Source of the DNA: Candidatus Omnitrophota bacterium
Lineage (GTDB): Bacteria > Omnitrophota > Gorgyraeia > 2-01-FULL-45-10
Assembly: GCA_026387175.1 (NCBI GenBank)
Contig: JAPLME010000004.1
Span: 447-64,446 of the forward strand
Reading direction: 5' to 3'
Length of the DNA: 64,000 nt
Shown here: positions 49,271 through 57,665 of the stretch, in pieces
Position numbering within the stretch: position 1 is the first letter of the stretch
Layout: each line of letters opens with the position of its first letter
Made by a program: the position numbers and the translations under genes
The notes under the pieces: generated by a model
Databases searched by the model: none
What the model was told of the DNA's origin: nothing
Seen by the model: the letters and a program-made list of their open reading frames with translations, nothing else

Positions 49271-50265
49271 TCACGCTGGGCATTGAGACCTCATGCGACG
49301 AGACGAGCGTCTCTGTTACCAGCTCCAGGACCGTGCTTTCTAATGTGGTAACGTCCAGCGTCCATCTTCATAAAAAATACGGCGGCGTGGTGCCGGAGAT
49401 AGCGTCCCGTTACCATGTGGAATATATAGCGGAGGTTCTTTCTAAGGCGCTGGAGCGGTCCGGGAGAAAATTAAAGGATGTGGACCTGGTGGCGGTCACA
49501 AACGGCCCCGGCCTTGTAGGCGCGCTTCTGACAGGTATTTCGCTGGCGAAGGCGCTGAGTTATGCCATGGATGTGCCGATCATAGGCGTAAACCACATAC
49601 TCGCGCACCTCTATAGCTCATTTTTAACCGAGGAAGGCCTGTCGTTCCCGTTCGTCGGCCTCGTGGTATCCGGCGGGCATACGGCGCTATTCTATTGCAA
49701 GGATATAAATGACCAGGAAGTGCTGGGGCAGACACAGGACGACGCCGTAGGAGAGGCGTATGATAAGGTGGCTAAGCTTCTGGGCCTGGGATATCCGGGC
49801 GGGCCGATAATAGAGAAGATGGCCGCGCGCGCCACCGGAAAGAATAAGATAACGTTTCCCAGGAGCTATCTTGGCAAGGATTCGCTGGACTTCAGCTTCA
49901 GCGGCGTAAAGACAGCGGTACTATATTATATGCAGAAGGTAAAGAATCCGGACGCTGTCCTTATCAGCGATGTCTGTTATGCTTTTCAGGAAGCGGCGCT
50001 CGATGTGCTGGTCGAGAAGGCGTGCCTTGCCTGCGATATGAAAAAGGCGAAGAGGATAGTAATAGGGGGAGGCGTGGCGGCCAACTCCGGACTCAGGCGG
50101 AAGCTCTTGAGTCGCTCGGCGCTCTCCGGGATCAAAGCCTATTTTCCCGAGATGAAATATTGCATGGATAACGCGGCAATGGTCGGAGCGCTGGGAGAAG
50201 CGCTCTATAAAAAGGGATGCAGGTCCGATATGTATTTAACTGCGGAACCGAATTTGAGGGCTTAA
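49267..50265 (+). CDS. tsaD: tRNA N6-adenosine threonylcarbamoyltransferase TsaD
   Basis: ITLGIETSCDETSV N-terminus. HxxxH metal motif (VNHILAHL). Kae1/Gcp family. Confidence 0.92.
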   Translation: MITLGIETSCDETSVSVTSSRTVLSNVVTSSVHLHKKYGGVVPEIASRYHVEYIAEVLSKALERSGRKLKDVDLVAVTNGPGLVGALLTGISLAKALSYAMDVPIIGVNHILAHLYSSFLTEEGLSFPFVGLVVSGGHTALFYCKDINDQEVLGQTQDDAVGEAYDKVAKLLGLGYPGGPIIEKMAARATGKNKITFPRSYLGKDSLDFSFSGVKTAVLYYMQKVKNPDAVLISDVCYAFQEAALDVLVEKACLACDMKKAKRIVIGGGVAANSGLRRKLLSRSALSGIKAYFPEMKYCMDNAAMVGALGEALYKKGCRSDMYLTAEPNLRA

Positions 50266-50283
50266 CTCACACGGAGGATCTTT

Positions 50284-50955
50284 ATGGTAAATGACTGGAT
50301 GATAATATGGAGGCTTATACTGGCGGCGGTACTGAGCGGAGCGATAGGTTTTGAACGTGAGTTTCACGGACGCTCGGCCGGATTCAGGACGCACATCCTG
50401 CTCTGCATAGGCTCGACGCTCATAATGCTTACATCGATGCACATGTTCGATCTATATGCCGGGAAGGTGGTCGTGGACCCGGGCAGGATAGCGGCAGGCG
50501 TTATCACCGGCATAGGATTCCTGGGGGCCGGCACGATAATGCATTTTAAGTCGTCTATAAGGGGTCTCACCACCGCGGCGAGCCTATGGGTGGTGGCGGG
50601 CATAGGCCTTGCGGTAGGGTCGGGGCTTTATTTTGGGGCGATCATCACTACAGCTATTACGATGGTGGCCCTGATGATATTCGCGAAATTAGAGCATGCC
50701 ATGATAAGAAAAGACTGGTATAAGACCATAATAGTAGAGGCGAAAGAAGGCGTTGACCAGTTAAGGTCCGTGCGTGGTATACTGGAAGAGTGGCATGCGG
50801 AGATAACCGATTTCGAGATCGATCACGCGAAAGAGAGCGGTAATATGCTGCTCAAGCTAGGGCTGAAGTTAAAGTCGCCGAAACACGCCGACCGCTTAGT
50901 GGAGGACATAGGTTCTATCAAAGGCATAAATAGCGTAAAGTGGGATTGGGAATAA
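50284..50955 (+). CDS. mgtC: MgtC/SapB family membrane protein
   Basis: Four to five TM helices with the conserved MgtC N-domain and ACT-like C-terminus. Confidence 0.8.
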   Translation: MVNDWMIIWRLILAAVLSGAIGFEREFHGRSAGFRTHILLCIGSTLIMLTSMHMFDLYAGKVVVDPGRIAAGVITGIGFLGAGTIMHFKSSIRGLTTAASLWVVAGIGLAVGSGLYFGAIITTAITMVALMIFAKLEHAMIRKDWYKTIIVEAKEGVDQLRSVRGILEEWHAEITDFEIDHAKESGNMLLKLGLKLKSPKHADRLVEDIGSIKGINSVKWDWE

Positions 50956-50968
50956 GAGGATAATTTAA

Positions 50969-51367
50969 ATGTCCGAAAAATTATTATCGATAAAAGAAGT
51001 CGCGGATCATCTGAAGATATCGGAAGAGGAAGTGAAGCGGCTCGTGGACATAGGCGAGATCCCGGCTTATAAGATAGGCGGGACATTCCTGCGGTTCAGG
51101 AAAGAGCATATAGACGCTATAAAAGACGAGATAGAGGCGGTGGAATGGATGTTCCCTGAGCATGCCGCTCCGGTCCTCGACGAGCATGGTAAGCCTACGC
51201 ATCATTTGACGGAGCTTGAGGTAGAGATAAAGGCCCGCGAGCCCGCCGTAAGGCAGTACGATTATTCGCCGATCGAGAGGATAAAGGATTTTATCTATTT
51301 TTACGATTTTTATATATTATCGATTATCGTGATAAGCGTATTGTTATTTTTGATATTTAAAAAATAA
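50969..51367 (+). CDS. Excisionase-family (MerR-like) HTH protein with a C-terminal transmembrane anchor
   Basis: LSIKEVADHLKISEEEVKRLVDIGEIPAYKIGGTFLRFRKEHIDAI matches the excisionase-family DNA-binding domain. The last ~30 residues are strongly hydrophobic (FYILSIIVISVLLFLIF). Confidence 0.65.
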   Translation: MSEKLLSIKEVADHLKISEEEVKRLVDIGEIPAYKIGGTFLRFRKEHIDAIKDEIEAVEWMFPEHAAPVLDEHGKPTHHLTELEVEIKAREPAVRQYDYSPIERIKDFIYFYDFYILSIIVISVLLFLIFKK

Positions 51368-51368
51368 A

Positions 51369-52109
51369 ATGTCCGAAAAAACAGCTAAAATATTAAAAGG
51401 CGTCCGCCATGGACGAATATCCGTCCATAAGGCGCTCTTATCGCTAAGGGATATGCCTTACAAGGATATCGGGTTCGCGAAGATCGACAGTCACAGGACC
51501 CTGAGGCGCGGTTTTCCGGAAGTGGTGTTTGGTAAAGGTAAGACCGTAGATCAGATAGTCGAAATATCAAAACGAATAATAGCCCATGACGGCATACTTC
51601 TTGTGACCCGCGCCCCGAAGGCAGCTTATCTGAAGCTTAGGCGGGCCTATCCAAAAGTTAAGTATGACGAGAGGGCCTCCTGCTTAAGTTACAGAGAAGA
51701 TCGTCCCATTCCGAAGAAAGGCCCGGTCCTGGTGATAACAGCGGGCACGGCCGATCTGCCTGTCGCGGAAGAGGCGCGCATAACTCTGGAGTTAATGGGA
51801 AACTCGGTCGAGATATTATGCGATGTCGGAGTCGCGGGAATACACAGGATACTCGATAAAAGGCACATTCTGGATAAGGCGAATGTCATAATAGTGATAG
51901 CGGGTATGGAGGGGGCGCTTGCGAGCGTAGTCAGCGGGCTAGTATCGAAGCCGGTGATAGCTGTTCCCACGAGCGTCGGCTACGGCGCAAGTTTCGAAGG
52001 GATAGCCCCGCTCCTTACGATGATGAATTCATGCTCGCCCGGAGTTTCGGTAGTCAATATCGATAACGGTTTCGGCGCGGGATATTTCGCATCCCTTATA
52101 AACAGATAG
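51369..52109 (+). CDS. larB: LarB-like PurE-family carboxylase/hydrolase (nickel-pincer cofactor biosynthesis)
   Basis: PurE-like fold with a LarB-specific N-terminal extension. GMEGALASVVSGL...VIAVPTSVGYGA. Confidence 0.75.
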   Translation: MSEKTAKILKGVRHGRISVHKALLSLRDMPYKDIGFAKIDSHRTLRRGFPEVVFGKGKTVDQIVEISKRIIAHDGILLVTRAPKAAYLKLRRAYPKVKYDERASCLSYREDRPIPKKGPVLVITAGTADLPVAEEARITLELMGNSVEILCDVGVAGIHRILDKRHILDKANVIIVIAGMEGALASVVSGLVSKPVIAVPTSVGYGASFEGIAPLLTMMNSCSPGVSVVNIDNGFGAGYFASLINR

Positions 52110-52115
52110 GATGCC

Positions 52116-53294
52116 ATGAAGATAGCGTATTTAGATTGTTTCAGCGGTATCAGCGGAGATATGACGATAGCCGCGTTTTTAGACGCGGGCTTAAAACTAC
52201 CCGTATTATCGGACGAGCTGAGTAAATTGAAGATAAAAGGCTATCGGCTTAAAGCCGGCAAGGTTAAGCGCGGAGCGATAGTCGGAACTAAATTTGATTG
52301 TATTGTCACAAAAGATTACAGCGGCCACAGGTCGTTAAAAAGCATAATCTCGATTATAGATAAGAGTTCGTTAAACCCCCGGATTAAAGCCATCTCTAAA
52401 GAGATGTTCAAAAATATAGGAAAGGCCGAAGCGAAGATACACGGGTCCGGAAAGAACGAAACTGTCTGGCTCCATGAGCTCGGCGACATAGATTCCATAA
52501 TAGATATCGTGGGCATCGCGATCGCGGTAGATTCGCTCGGCATCGACGAGGTTTACGCCTCGCGCGTAAATATGGGCAGGACATTCGTAAATACGGCCCA
52601 CGGGACCCTTCCGATACCGGCCCCCGCGGCGCTTGAGTTATTGAAGGGGGTGCCCACAAATATTCTGGACGTAGAAGCGGAACTTGTCACTCCTACCGGC
52701 GCAGGTTTATTAAAGACGCTTTCGAAAGGCTTCGGCGCGATGCCGTCGATGAAAATATCCGATATAGGCTACGGAGCGGGAACCAAAATAATTAAAGAGA
52801 TGCCTAATATGCTGCGTCTTATCATAGGGACGACGAGCGTGCCCTCGCCTAAAGAGGACAAGGTCCTGGTGGTCGAGACGAACATCGACGATATGAACCC
52901 GCAGTATTTCGAATATATTTTCGAGAGGCTGTTTTCCGCCGGAGCCCTCGACGTATATTCCACTCATATTCAGATGAAGAAGACGAGGCCTGCCTACAAG
53001 CTTACGGTGATATGCGAGCCGAAAGATCTGGATAAGATATCGTCGATAATATTCAGCGAAACCACGACGATCGGTATCAGGTTTTATGAGACGCTCAGGA
53101 TTAAGCTCGAAAGAAGGACAGTGAAGGCGAAGACGAAATATGGTAATATCCGGGTAAAGGTTAGCGCGCGCCCCGGTGAAATATTAACGGCTACGCCTGA
53201 ATACGATGATTGCCGTAAGGCCGCGCGCTCTAAGAAAGTACCGCTAAGAGAGGTTTCCGACAGGGCAAGGGAGGCCGCGTATGAAAACAGTTAA
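52116..53294 (+). CDS. larC: LarC-like (DUF111) nickel-insertion protein
   Basis: MKIAYLDCFSGISGDM N-terminus typical of LarC/DUF111. ~390 aa. Confidence 0.75.
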   Translation: MKIAYLDCFSGISGDMTIAAFLDAGLKLPVLSDELSKLKIKGYRLKAGKVKRGAIVGTKFDCIVTKDYSGHRSLKSIISIIDKSSLNPRIKAISKEMFKNIGKAEAKIHGSGKNETVWLHELGDIDSIIDIVGIAIAVDSLGIDEVYASRVNMGRTFVNTAHGTLPIPAPAALELLKGVPTNILDVEAELVTPTGAGLLKTLSKGFGAMPSMKISDIGYGAGTKIIKEMPNMLRLIIGTTSVPSPKEDKVLVVETNIDDMNPQYFEYIFERLFSAGALDVYSTHIQMKKTRPAYKLTVICEPKDLDKISSIIFSETTTIGIRFYETLRIKLERRTVKAKTKYGNIRVKVSARPGEILTATPEYDDCRKAARSKKVPLREVSDRAREAAYENS

Positions 53295-54273
53295 ATCCGT
53301 TATTTTAATTTTAATATCCGCCGCTTGCGCGATTATTTACGCCGCTGACGCGCCTGCGGATACAATTATCACTAATGACGGGAAAGAGATCAAGGGTATA
53401 GTAGTCGAAGATTACAGGGACAGGGTGATATTCTCCACGGCAGACGGCGAGATCACAGTGATGAAGTCCGACATGCGGGAGCTTTCGTTTGACAGCGATG
53501 AGGACAATCTGATAAAACTCGCTGAGCAAACCCTGGAGCGGCGCGACTATTCCCGTGCCATGAGTTATTATGATATGGCGCTAAAAGCGAACCCTGATTC
53601 CTCGGCGGTAAAACAGGGTATGGCATACTTACGCGGCAGTTTTTTTAGAAAAGAAGAATCTTTGAAAGCAGCTGATATAAAGAGACAGCAGGATATAGAG
53701 CTTTACGGCGGCCAGGCTCCGGAGGCCCAGAAATCCGACGAGACCGGCGATATGACCAGGATGCTGGAAAAGTTGACCGGAATGAGGATCGCGGTAGTGG
53801 ATAATATGCCAAAGATAGAGGCCCTCAGGTCACCTTCGCCGGCATATGAGGCGGGATTGAGGAGGGGGGATATCCTGGTTTCGGTATGGGGCAAGCTTAC
53901 CGGCTATCTGTCACTTAAAGAGATACTGGACCTACTCATCAATAAATCGGCCATAGAGATAAGATGCACAATAGAGCGCGAATCCGATGTAGAGATTAAT
54001 CCGAATAAGACTATCATCTCAGGGATCGAAGACCTCATAGGAGCTTCATTTGCCATGGAGATAGACGGTCTTACGGTATCGGCTGTTAAGGAATCAGGAT
54101 ATGCCGCCCAAGCCGGCCTGCAGAAGGAAGATCTCATAATGGCCATTGACGGCAAACAGACCAGGTATATGCCGCTTAAAAAAGCGGTCGAGCTGATAAG
54201 GAATTTAAAGGAAGGGGCAGTTAAACTGGTTATTAGAAGAAAGACCATAATCTGGAGGACTAACGAGCGATGA
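53281..54273 (+). CDS. Secreted TPR plus tandem PDZ-domain protein
   Basis: Signal peptide, TPR-like RRDYSRAMSYYDMALKANP. Two PDZ-like segments (GLRRGDILVSV, GLQKEDLIMAIDG). Confidence 0.6.
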   Translation: MKTVKSVILILISAACAIIYAADAPADTIITNDGKEIKGIVVEDYRDRVIFSTADGEITVMKSDMRELSFDSDEDNLIKLAEQTLERRDYSRAMSYYDMALKANPDSSAVKQGMAYLRGSFFRKEESLKAADIKRQQDIELYGGQAPEAQKSDETGDMTRMLEKLTGMRIAVVDNMPKIEALRSPSPAYEAGLRRGDILVSVWGKLTGYLSLKEILDLLINKSAIEIRCTIERESDVEINPNKTIISGIEDLIGASFAMEIDGLTVSAVKESGYAAQAGLQKEDLIMAIDGKQTRYMPLKKAVELIRNLKEGAVKLVIRRKTIIWRTNER

Positions 54274-54872
54274 CGCAATTTTCGAAACCTAAGTTCAAGA
54301 GGACGAAATACCTTGTTTCAACGAAGCTTCAGCTGAGGTACGTCGGAATAATATTATTGCTGATGCTTGTGACGGCCCTGATATGCTCGTATATCATATA
54401 TTACACGGTTATGATACTGATGGGCGAGAAGTTATCCAATGTTTATCCTCAGGGGCGCCTTATAGCGATCATCAATACCGTAAACTTGCGGATATTATTC
54501 AGCTTACTCTTAATTACGCCTGTGGTCGCGGTAATCGGCATATTTCTATCGCATAAGATAGCGGGACCTATATACAGGATAGAAAAATTCCTCGGCGACA
54601 TGGCCACAGGAAATTTCGCGGCTCGTATCGTCCTGAGAAAAGGCGACGAGCTTATGTCGGTGGCCGATAAGATAAACGTATTGAATGACAGCTTAAAGAC
54701 TACCATCGGCAGCCAGAAGTCCAGCATGGGAAGGATAGTTGCCGAACTCGATGAACTTAAAAAGATGATTAGCTCAAAACCCGGCGATGTCTTATCGCTG
54801 GATAAGAATGTAGAAAGGCTGCAGGGCGAGATTAGGAATTTAGAGGCGCAGCTCGGAAAATATAAAGTTTAA
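54270..54872 (+). CDS. Two-TM HAMP-domain membrane protein with a C-terminal coiled coil
   Basis: TM1/TM2, HAMP (IAGPIYRIEKFLGDMATGNFAARI) and heptad-repeat tail. No kinase, MCP or GGDEF output domain. Confidence 0.6.
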   Translation: MTQFSKPKFKRTKYLVSTKLQLRYVGIILLLMLVTALICSYIIYYTVMILMGEKLSNVYPQGRLIAIINTVNLRILFSLLLITPVVAVIGIFLSHKIAGPIYRIEKFLGDMATGNFAARIVLRKGDELMSVADKINVLNDSLKTTIGSQKSSMGRIVAELDELKKMISSKPGDVLSLDKNVERLQGEIRNLEAQLGKYKV

Positions 54873-54895
54873 TTCGAATATCTATTTCCTAACAC

Positions 54896-54923
54896 TTGAC
54901 AATCGCGGATTATCGGGTATACT
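54896..54923 (+). promoter_or_regulatory. Consensus sigma70 promoter P1 (-35 ttgaca, 16 nt, -10 tatact) for the FadL-like gene
   Basis: cctaacacttgacaatcgcggattatcgggtatactt. Paralogous to P3 at 56828 (about 34 of 42 positions identical). Confidence 0.6.
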
Positions 54924-54951
54924 TACCTCGATTTACTAAAAAAGGAGAGGT

Positions 54952-56229
54952 ATGACTAAAAAGCTTGACGCAATTATTTTTATTTTAATCGTAACAGTCG
55001 CGATGTGCGTGGTTTCGAGCGATTACGCTTATGCCGGTAACGCTTCACGTATGCTGGGATTTAGCGCGAGAGATGAAGCAATGGCCGGCGCTACCACTGC
55101 TTCCTCGGAGGATACATCATGCTTGGTGAGAAACCCCGCCGGACTTGTAAGGATAGGAAATAGGATCGACGCTTCGTATGAAAATCTTCTTTTTCACGAT
55201 GTAACGTTGAATACCACGGGGACCTCTCTTATACCAGGAGTGCCTTTTACAAACGCGGGTTTAACCCAGACCAGTAATATAAATTACATCCCCGGAGGTA
55301 ACGCAGGTGTTAGTTATCGCATACCGGGAACTGACAAATACCCGATATCTGTCGGTATGGGAGCATTTACAATAGGCGGGATGGCAGGTAACTACGCAAG
55401 TTCCAGGCTCAATACCGCATTATTGGCTAACGGGGGCAATTACGACAAGATGGTAGATTTAAGGACCATGAGATTTGCGCCGGGCATAGCGGCCGCATTT
55501 AACGATAAACTCTCTTTTGGTATGACAGCCAACATAGATCTTCAGGCATTACGCACCAATTTAGCTCACAGCATTACTCCTGCCGGGCTTACGCTTTTTT
55601 CAGAAACAGCGGGCGGAGGAAAATGGGATTTTACAGTTGGCGGAGGTTTCACCGCAGGCCTCCTATACGAGATTAATGATATGGTAAGCCTGGGAGCTTC
55701 CTACGAAAGCCACAACTGGCAGCAGGACCATTATAAATACAAAGATGTTCTGCCATATATAGATGAGCCGCCTATAATAAACTTGGGAGTATCTTTTAAG
55801 CCTATAAAGGATTTAGAGCTTACGTATGATACCCGCTATATTAACTGGACAGATGTGAAGCTTGCGAGGCTTGCTCCCAGACAAGGCGGTTTTGGGTGGA
55901 GGGACCAGTGGGTATTTGCTGTTGGTTCCGAATACACTACCTTTAAAGATAAGTTAAAACTCCGGCTTGGCTATAATTATGGAAGATCTCCTATTCAGCC
56001 GAATGTAGTCTTTGCCAATGCTCTTATGCCGGTAATTGTAGAGCACCATCTTACTACAGGCTTTTCATATTTTATCACGAAAGCCCTGTCTTTAGACTTT
56101 GCGTGGGAGCATCATTTTAGAAATACGATGGTGGACGATGGTGGCGATAGCGCGGATCTTATCGGCACAGGCACACAGGTTACAGGGGCATTGGATGTGC
56201 TAAGCATCGGATTAGGATATAAGTTTTAG
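54952..56229 (+). CDS. FadL/OmpP1/TodX-family outer-membrane hydrophobic-compound channel
   Basis: Signal peptide. Conserved N-terminal hatch NPAGL. Alternating amphipathic beta-strands. C-terminal aromatic residue (LGYKF). Lower GC and different codon usage than upstream genes. Confidence 0.75.
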   Translation: MTKKLDAIIFILIVTVAMCVVSSDYAYAGNASRMLGFSARDEAMAGATTASSEDTSCLVRNPAGLVRIGNRIDASYENLLFHDVTLNTTGTSLIPGVPFTNAGLTQTSNINYIPGGNAGVSYRIPGTDKYPISVGMGAFTIGGMAGNYASSRLNTALLANGGNYDKMVDLRTMRFAPGIAAAFNDKLSFGMTANIDLQALRTNLAHSITPAGLTLFSETAGGGKWDFTVGGGFTAGLLYEINDMVSLGASYESHNWQQDHYKYKDVLPYIDEPPIINLGVSFKPIKDLELTYDTRYINWTDVKLARLAPRQGGFGWRDQWVFAVGSEYTTFKDKLKLRLGYNYGRSPIQPNVVFANALMPVIVEHHLTTGFSYFITKALSLDFAWEHHFRNTMVDDGGDSADLIGTGTQVTGALDVLSIGLGYKF

Positions 56230-56261
56230 ATAACAGATCAGTTGTCAGGATTGTTTTCGAA

Positions 56262-56294
56262 ATAGGGGAGACATAAAACCTCCCCTATTTTTTC
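56262..56294 (+). terminator. Rho-independent terminator after the FadL-like gene
   Basis: ataggggag/ctcccctat 9-bp stem, 9-nt loop, then tttttt. Confidence 0.8.
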
Positions 56295-56333
56295 TGCATA
56301 CTGTTAATCCATTAAATATTAAGATATCATCTA

Positions 56334-56362
56334 TTGACAATCTAAAAAGTGTAGTGTATACT
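56334..56362 (+). promoter_or_regulatory. Perfect consensus sigma70 promoter P2 (ttgaca, 17 nt, tatact)
   Basis: Read directly from the sequence. Drives the 56.47-56.72 kb small-ORF region. Confidence 0.55.
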
Positions 56363-56477
56363 TTATGTAATAATAAAAGAAAGTTAGATAAAACTTAATA
56401 GCTCATCATTTTTATAGTGGTGGGCTATAATTGTCTCTGGCAAAATATAGATCTTTAATAAGAGGGAGGTGGTATGT

Positions 56478-56717
56478 GTGAGAGTGCTAGTGCTTCTTTC
56501 GAGTAATCCGGGAGATGGATTTTTGGTGAAGCTTCATACTGAAGAACTTGTGCGCGAGATTAAGAACCTTATCAGCAAGCGCAGTAATTCGAAAGCCATG
56601 GTAACAGCCCTTACTAAGGGGCGGATCGAGAGGGAGGTTGGGCACCACGATTCAAATGCTGTCGATGCCGAACTTGTTCTGACCCAAGATAGGGTTTGCT
56701 GGAATCCGGCTAAATAA
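56478..56717 (+). CDS. Hypothetical small protein (~79 aa from a GTG start)
   Basis: ORF-track ORF 56469-56717. A GTG at 56478 is 8 nt downstream of the strong SD gggagg. No recognisable domain. The alternative reading is a 10-codon ORF from ATG 56474 (MCESASASFE). Confidence 0.35.
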   Translation: MRVLVLLSSNPGDGFLVKLHTEELVREIKNLISKRSNSKAMVTALTKGRIEREVGHHDSNAVDAELVLTQDRVCWNPAK

Positions 56718-56827
56718 TCTTAAGCGATTTCAGAAAAATGCGTAAAATATTTAATTATTCCTATTTCTGCAACACATCCAATTCCAATAAGTTATATCAA
56801 TTTTTCCAAGTATTTAATTCCTAACTC

Positions 56828-56855
56828 TTGACAACCCCTAATTATCGTGTATACT
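56828..56855 (+). promoter_or_regulatory. Consensus sigma70 promoter P3 (ttgaca, 16 nt, tatact), paralogous to P1
   Basis: cctaactcttgacaacccctaattatcgtgtatactt. Followed by a 9-bp 5'UTR hairpin gtgccctta...taagggcac (about 56879-56908). Confidence 0.6.
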
Positions 56856-56963
56856 TTGCAGCACATTAGCGAAGTGTATGTGCCCTTATATAAAGCTATG
56901 TAAGGGCACAATAGTCTATACCAAAATAGTATAAACTATATAAATCAGAAGGTGGTGTTAGTT

Positions 56964-57161
56964 ATGGCAGATGATACCGTCTTCACTGTGCAGGAATTAT
57001 CCACTTACCTAAGGATGAAACCGGTAACTATTTACAAGCACGCAAAGGCTGGTAAATTGCCCGCATTCAAGGTTGGTGCGAGCTGGCGGTTTAAGAAATC
57101 GACTATAGACCGCTGGATTTCTAATCAGGAAGACAAAGAAAATAACGGCGGTTCAAATTAG
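56964..57161 (+). CDS. Excisionase-family helix-turn-helix DNA-binding protein (~65 aa)
   Basis: FTVQELSTYLRMKPVTIYKHAKAGKLPAFKVGASWRFKKSTIDRWI matches the excisionase/MerR-like HTH family. SD aaggtgg. ORF-track start 56952 (GTG); ATG 56964 is preferred. Confidence 0.7.
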   Translation: MADDTVFTVQELSTYLRMKPVTIYKHAKAGKLPAFKVGASWRFKKSTIDRWISNQEDKENNGGSN

Positions 57162-57164
57162 CGC

Positions 57165-57205
57165 CTGACTGTAATAATTAATAGTCAGGCGTTTTTATTT
57201 TAACT
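57165..57205 (+). terminator. Rho-independent terminator after the HTH gene
   Basis: gcctgact/agtcaggc stem with a 13-nt loop followed by tttttatttt. Confidence 0.7.
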
Positions 57206-57242
57206 AATAATGTCTATAAAAAAGATATGAGAGAAATATAGT

Positions 57243-57665
57243 ATGCTTAATATAGAAGAGATAAAGAGTCTTATACCGCAAAGATACCCTTTTCTTATGA
57301 TAGATAGGGTAATTGATATTAAATATGGGGAATATATAAAGGCTTATAAGAATATAAGCATGAATGAAGAGTATTTTAAGGGACATTTTCCTGATTCCGC
57401 GATCTTCCCCGGCGTCCTTACCACTGAGGCTATGGCCCAGGCCGTATGTGTACTGGTGAAGAAGAGCATTAAGGATTTTACCCCTACGCAGTTTTATATC
57501 ACTAATATGAAGATACGCTTTCTAAAGGCTATAGTGCCGGGGGACAGGCTTTATATTACCGCAAAAGTCGTCAAGATGGCGCAGATAGGCGGCATATTTG
57601 AGACGGAGGCTACCGTAGAGAATGACATTGTGGCCAAGGGAGAGATGACCTTTGCCTGCAAATAA
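57243..57665 (+). CDS. FabZ-like hotdog-fold 3-hydroxyacyl-ACP dehydratase
   Basis: LIPQRYPFLMIDRV, catalytic His in GHFP, catalytic Glu in TTEAMAQ. Low GC (~35 percent). Confidence 0.85.
   Translation: MLNIEEIKSLIPQRYPFLMIDRVIDIKYGEYIKAYKNISMNEEYFKGHFPDSAIFPGVLTTEAMAQAVCVLVKKSIKDFTPTQFYITNMKIRFLKAIVPGDRLYITAKVVKMAQIGGIFETEATVENDIVAKGEMTFACK

Noticed and set aside
54902-54917. Inverted repeat AATCgcgGATT in the P1 promoter spacer as a possible operator
   Set aside because: The palindrome is not conserved in the paralogous P3 promoter (aacccctaatt). The shared element is the direct ATTATCG box rather than the palindrome.
54880-57240. Integrase, transposase or att-site evidence for mobility of the low-GC island
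   Set aside because: None is found in the window. The two HTH proteins are excisionase-family by fold only, which is also common in ordinary regulators. The island call rests on composition alone.
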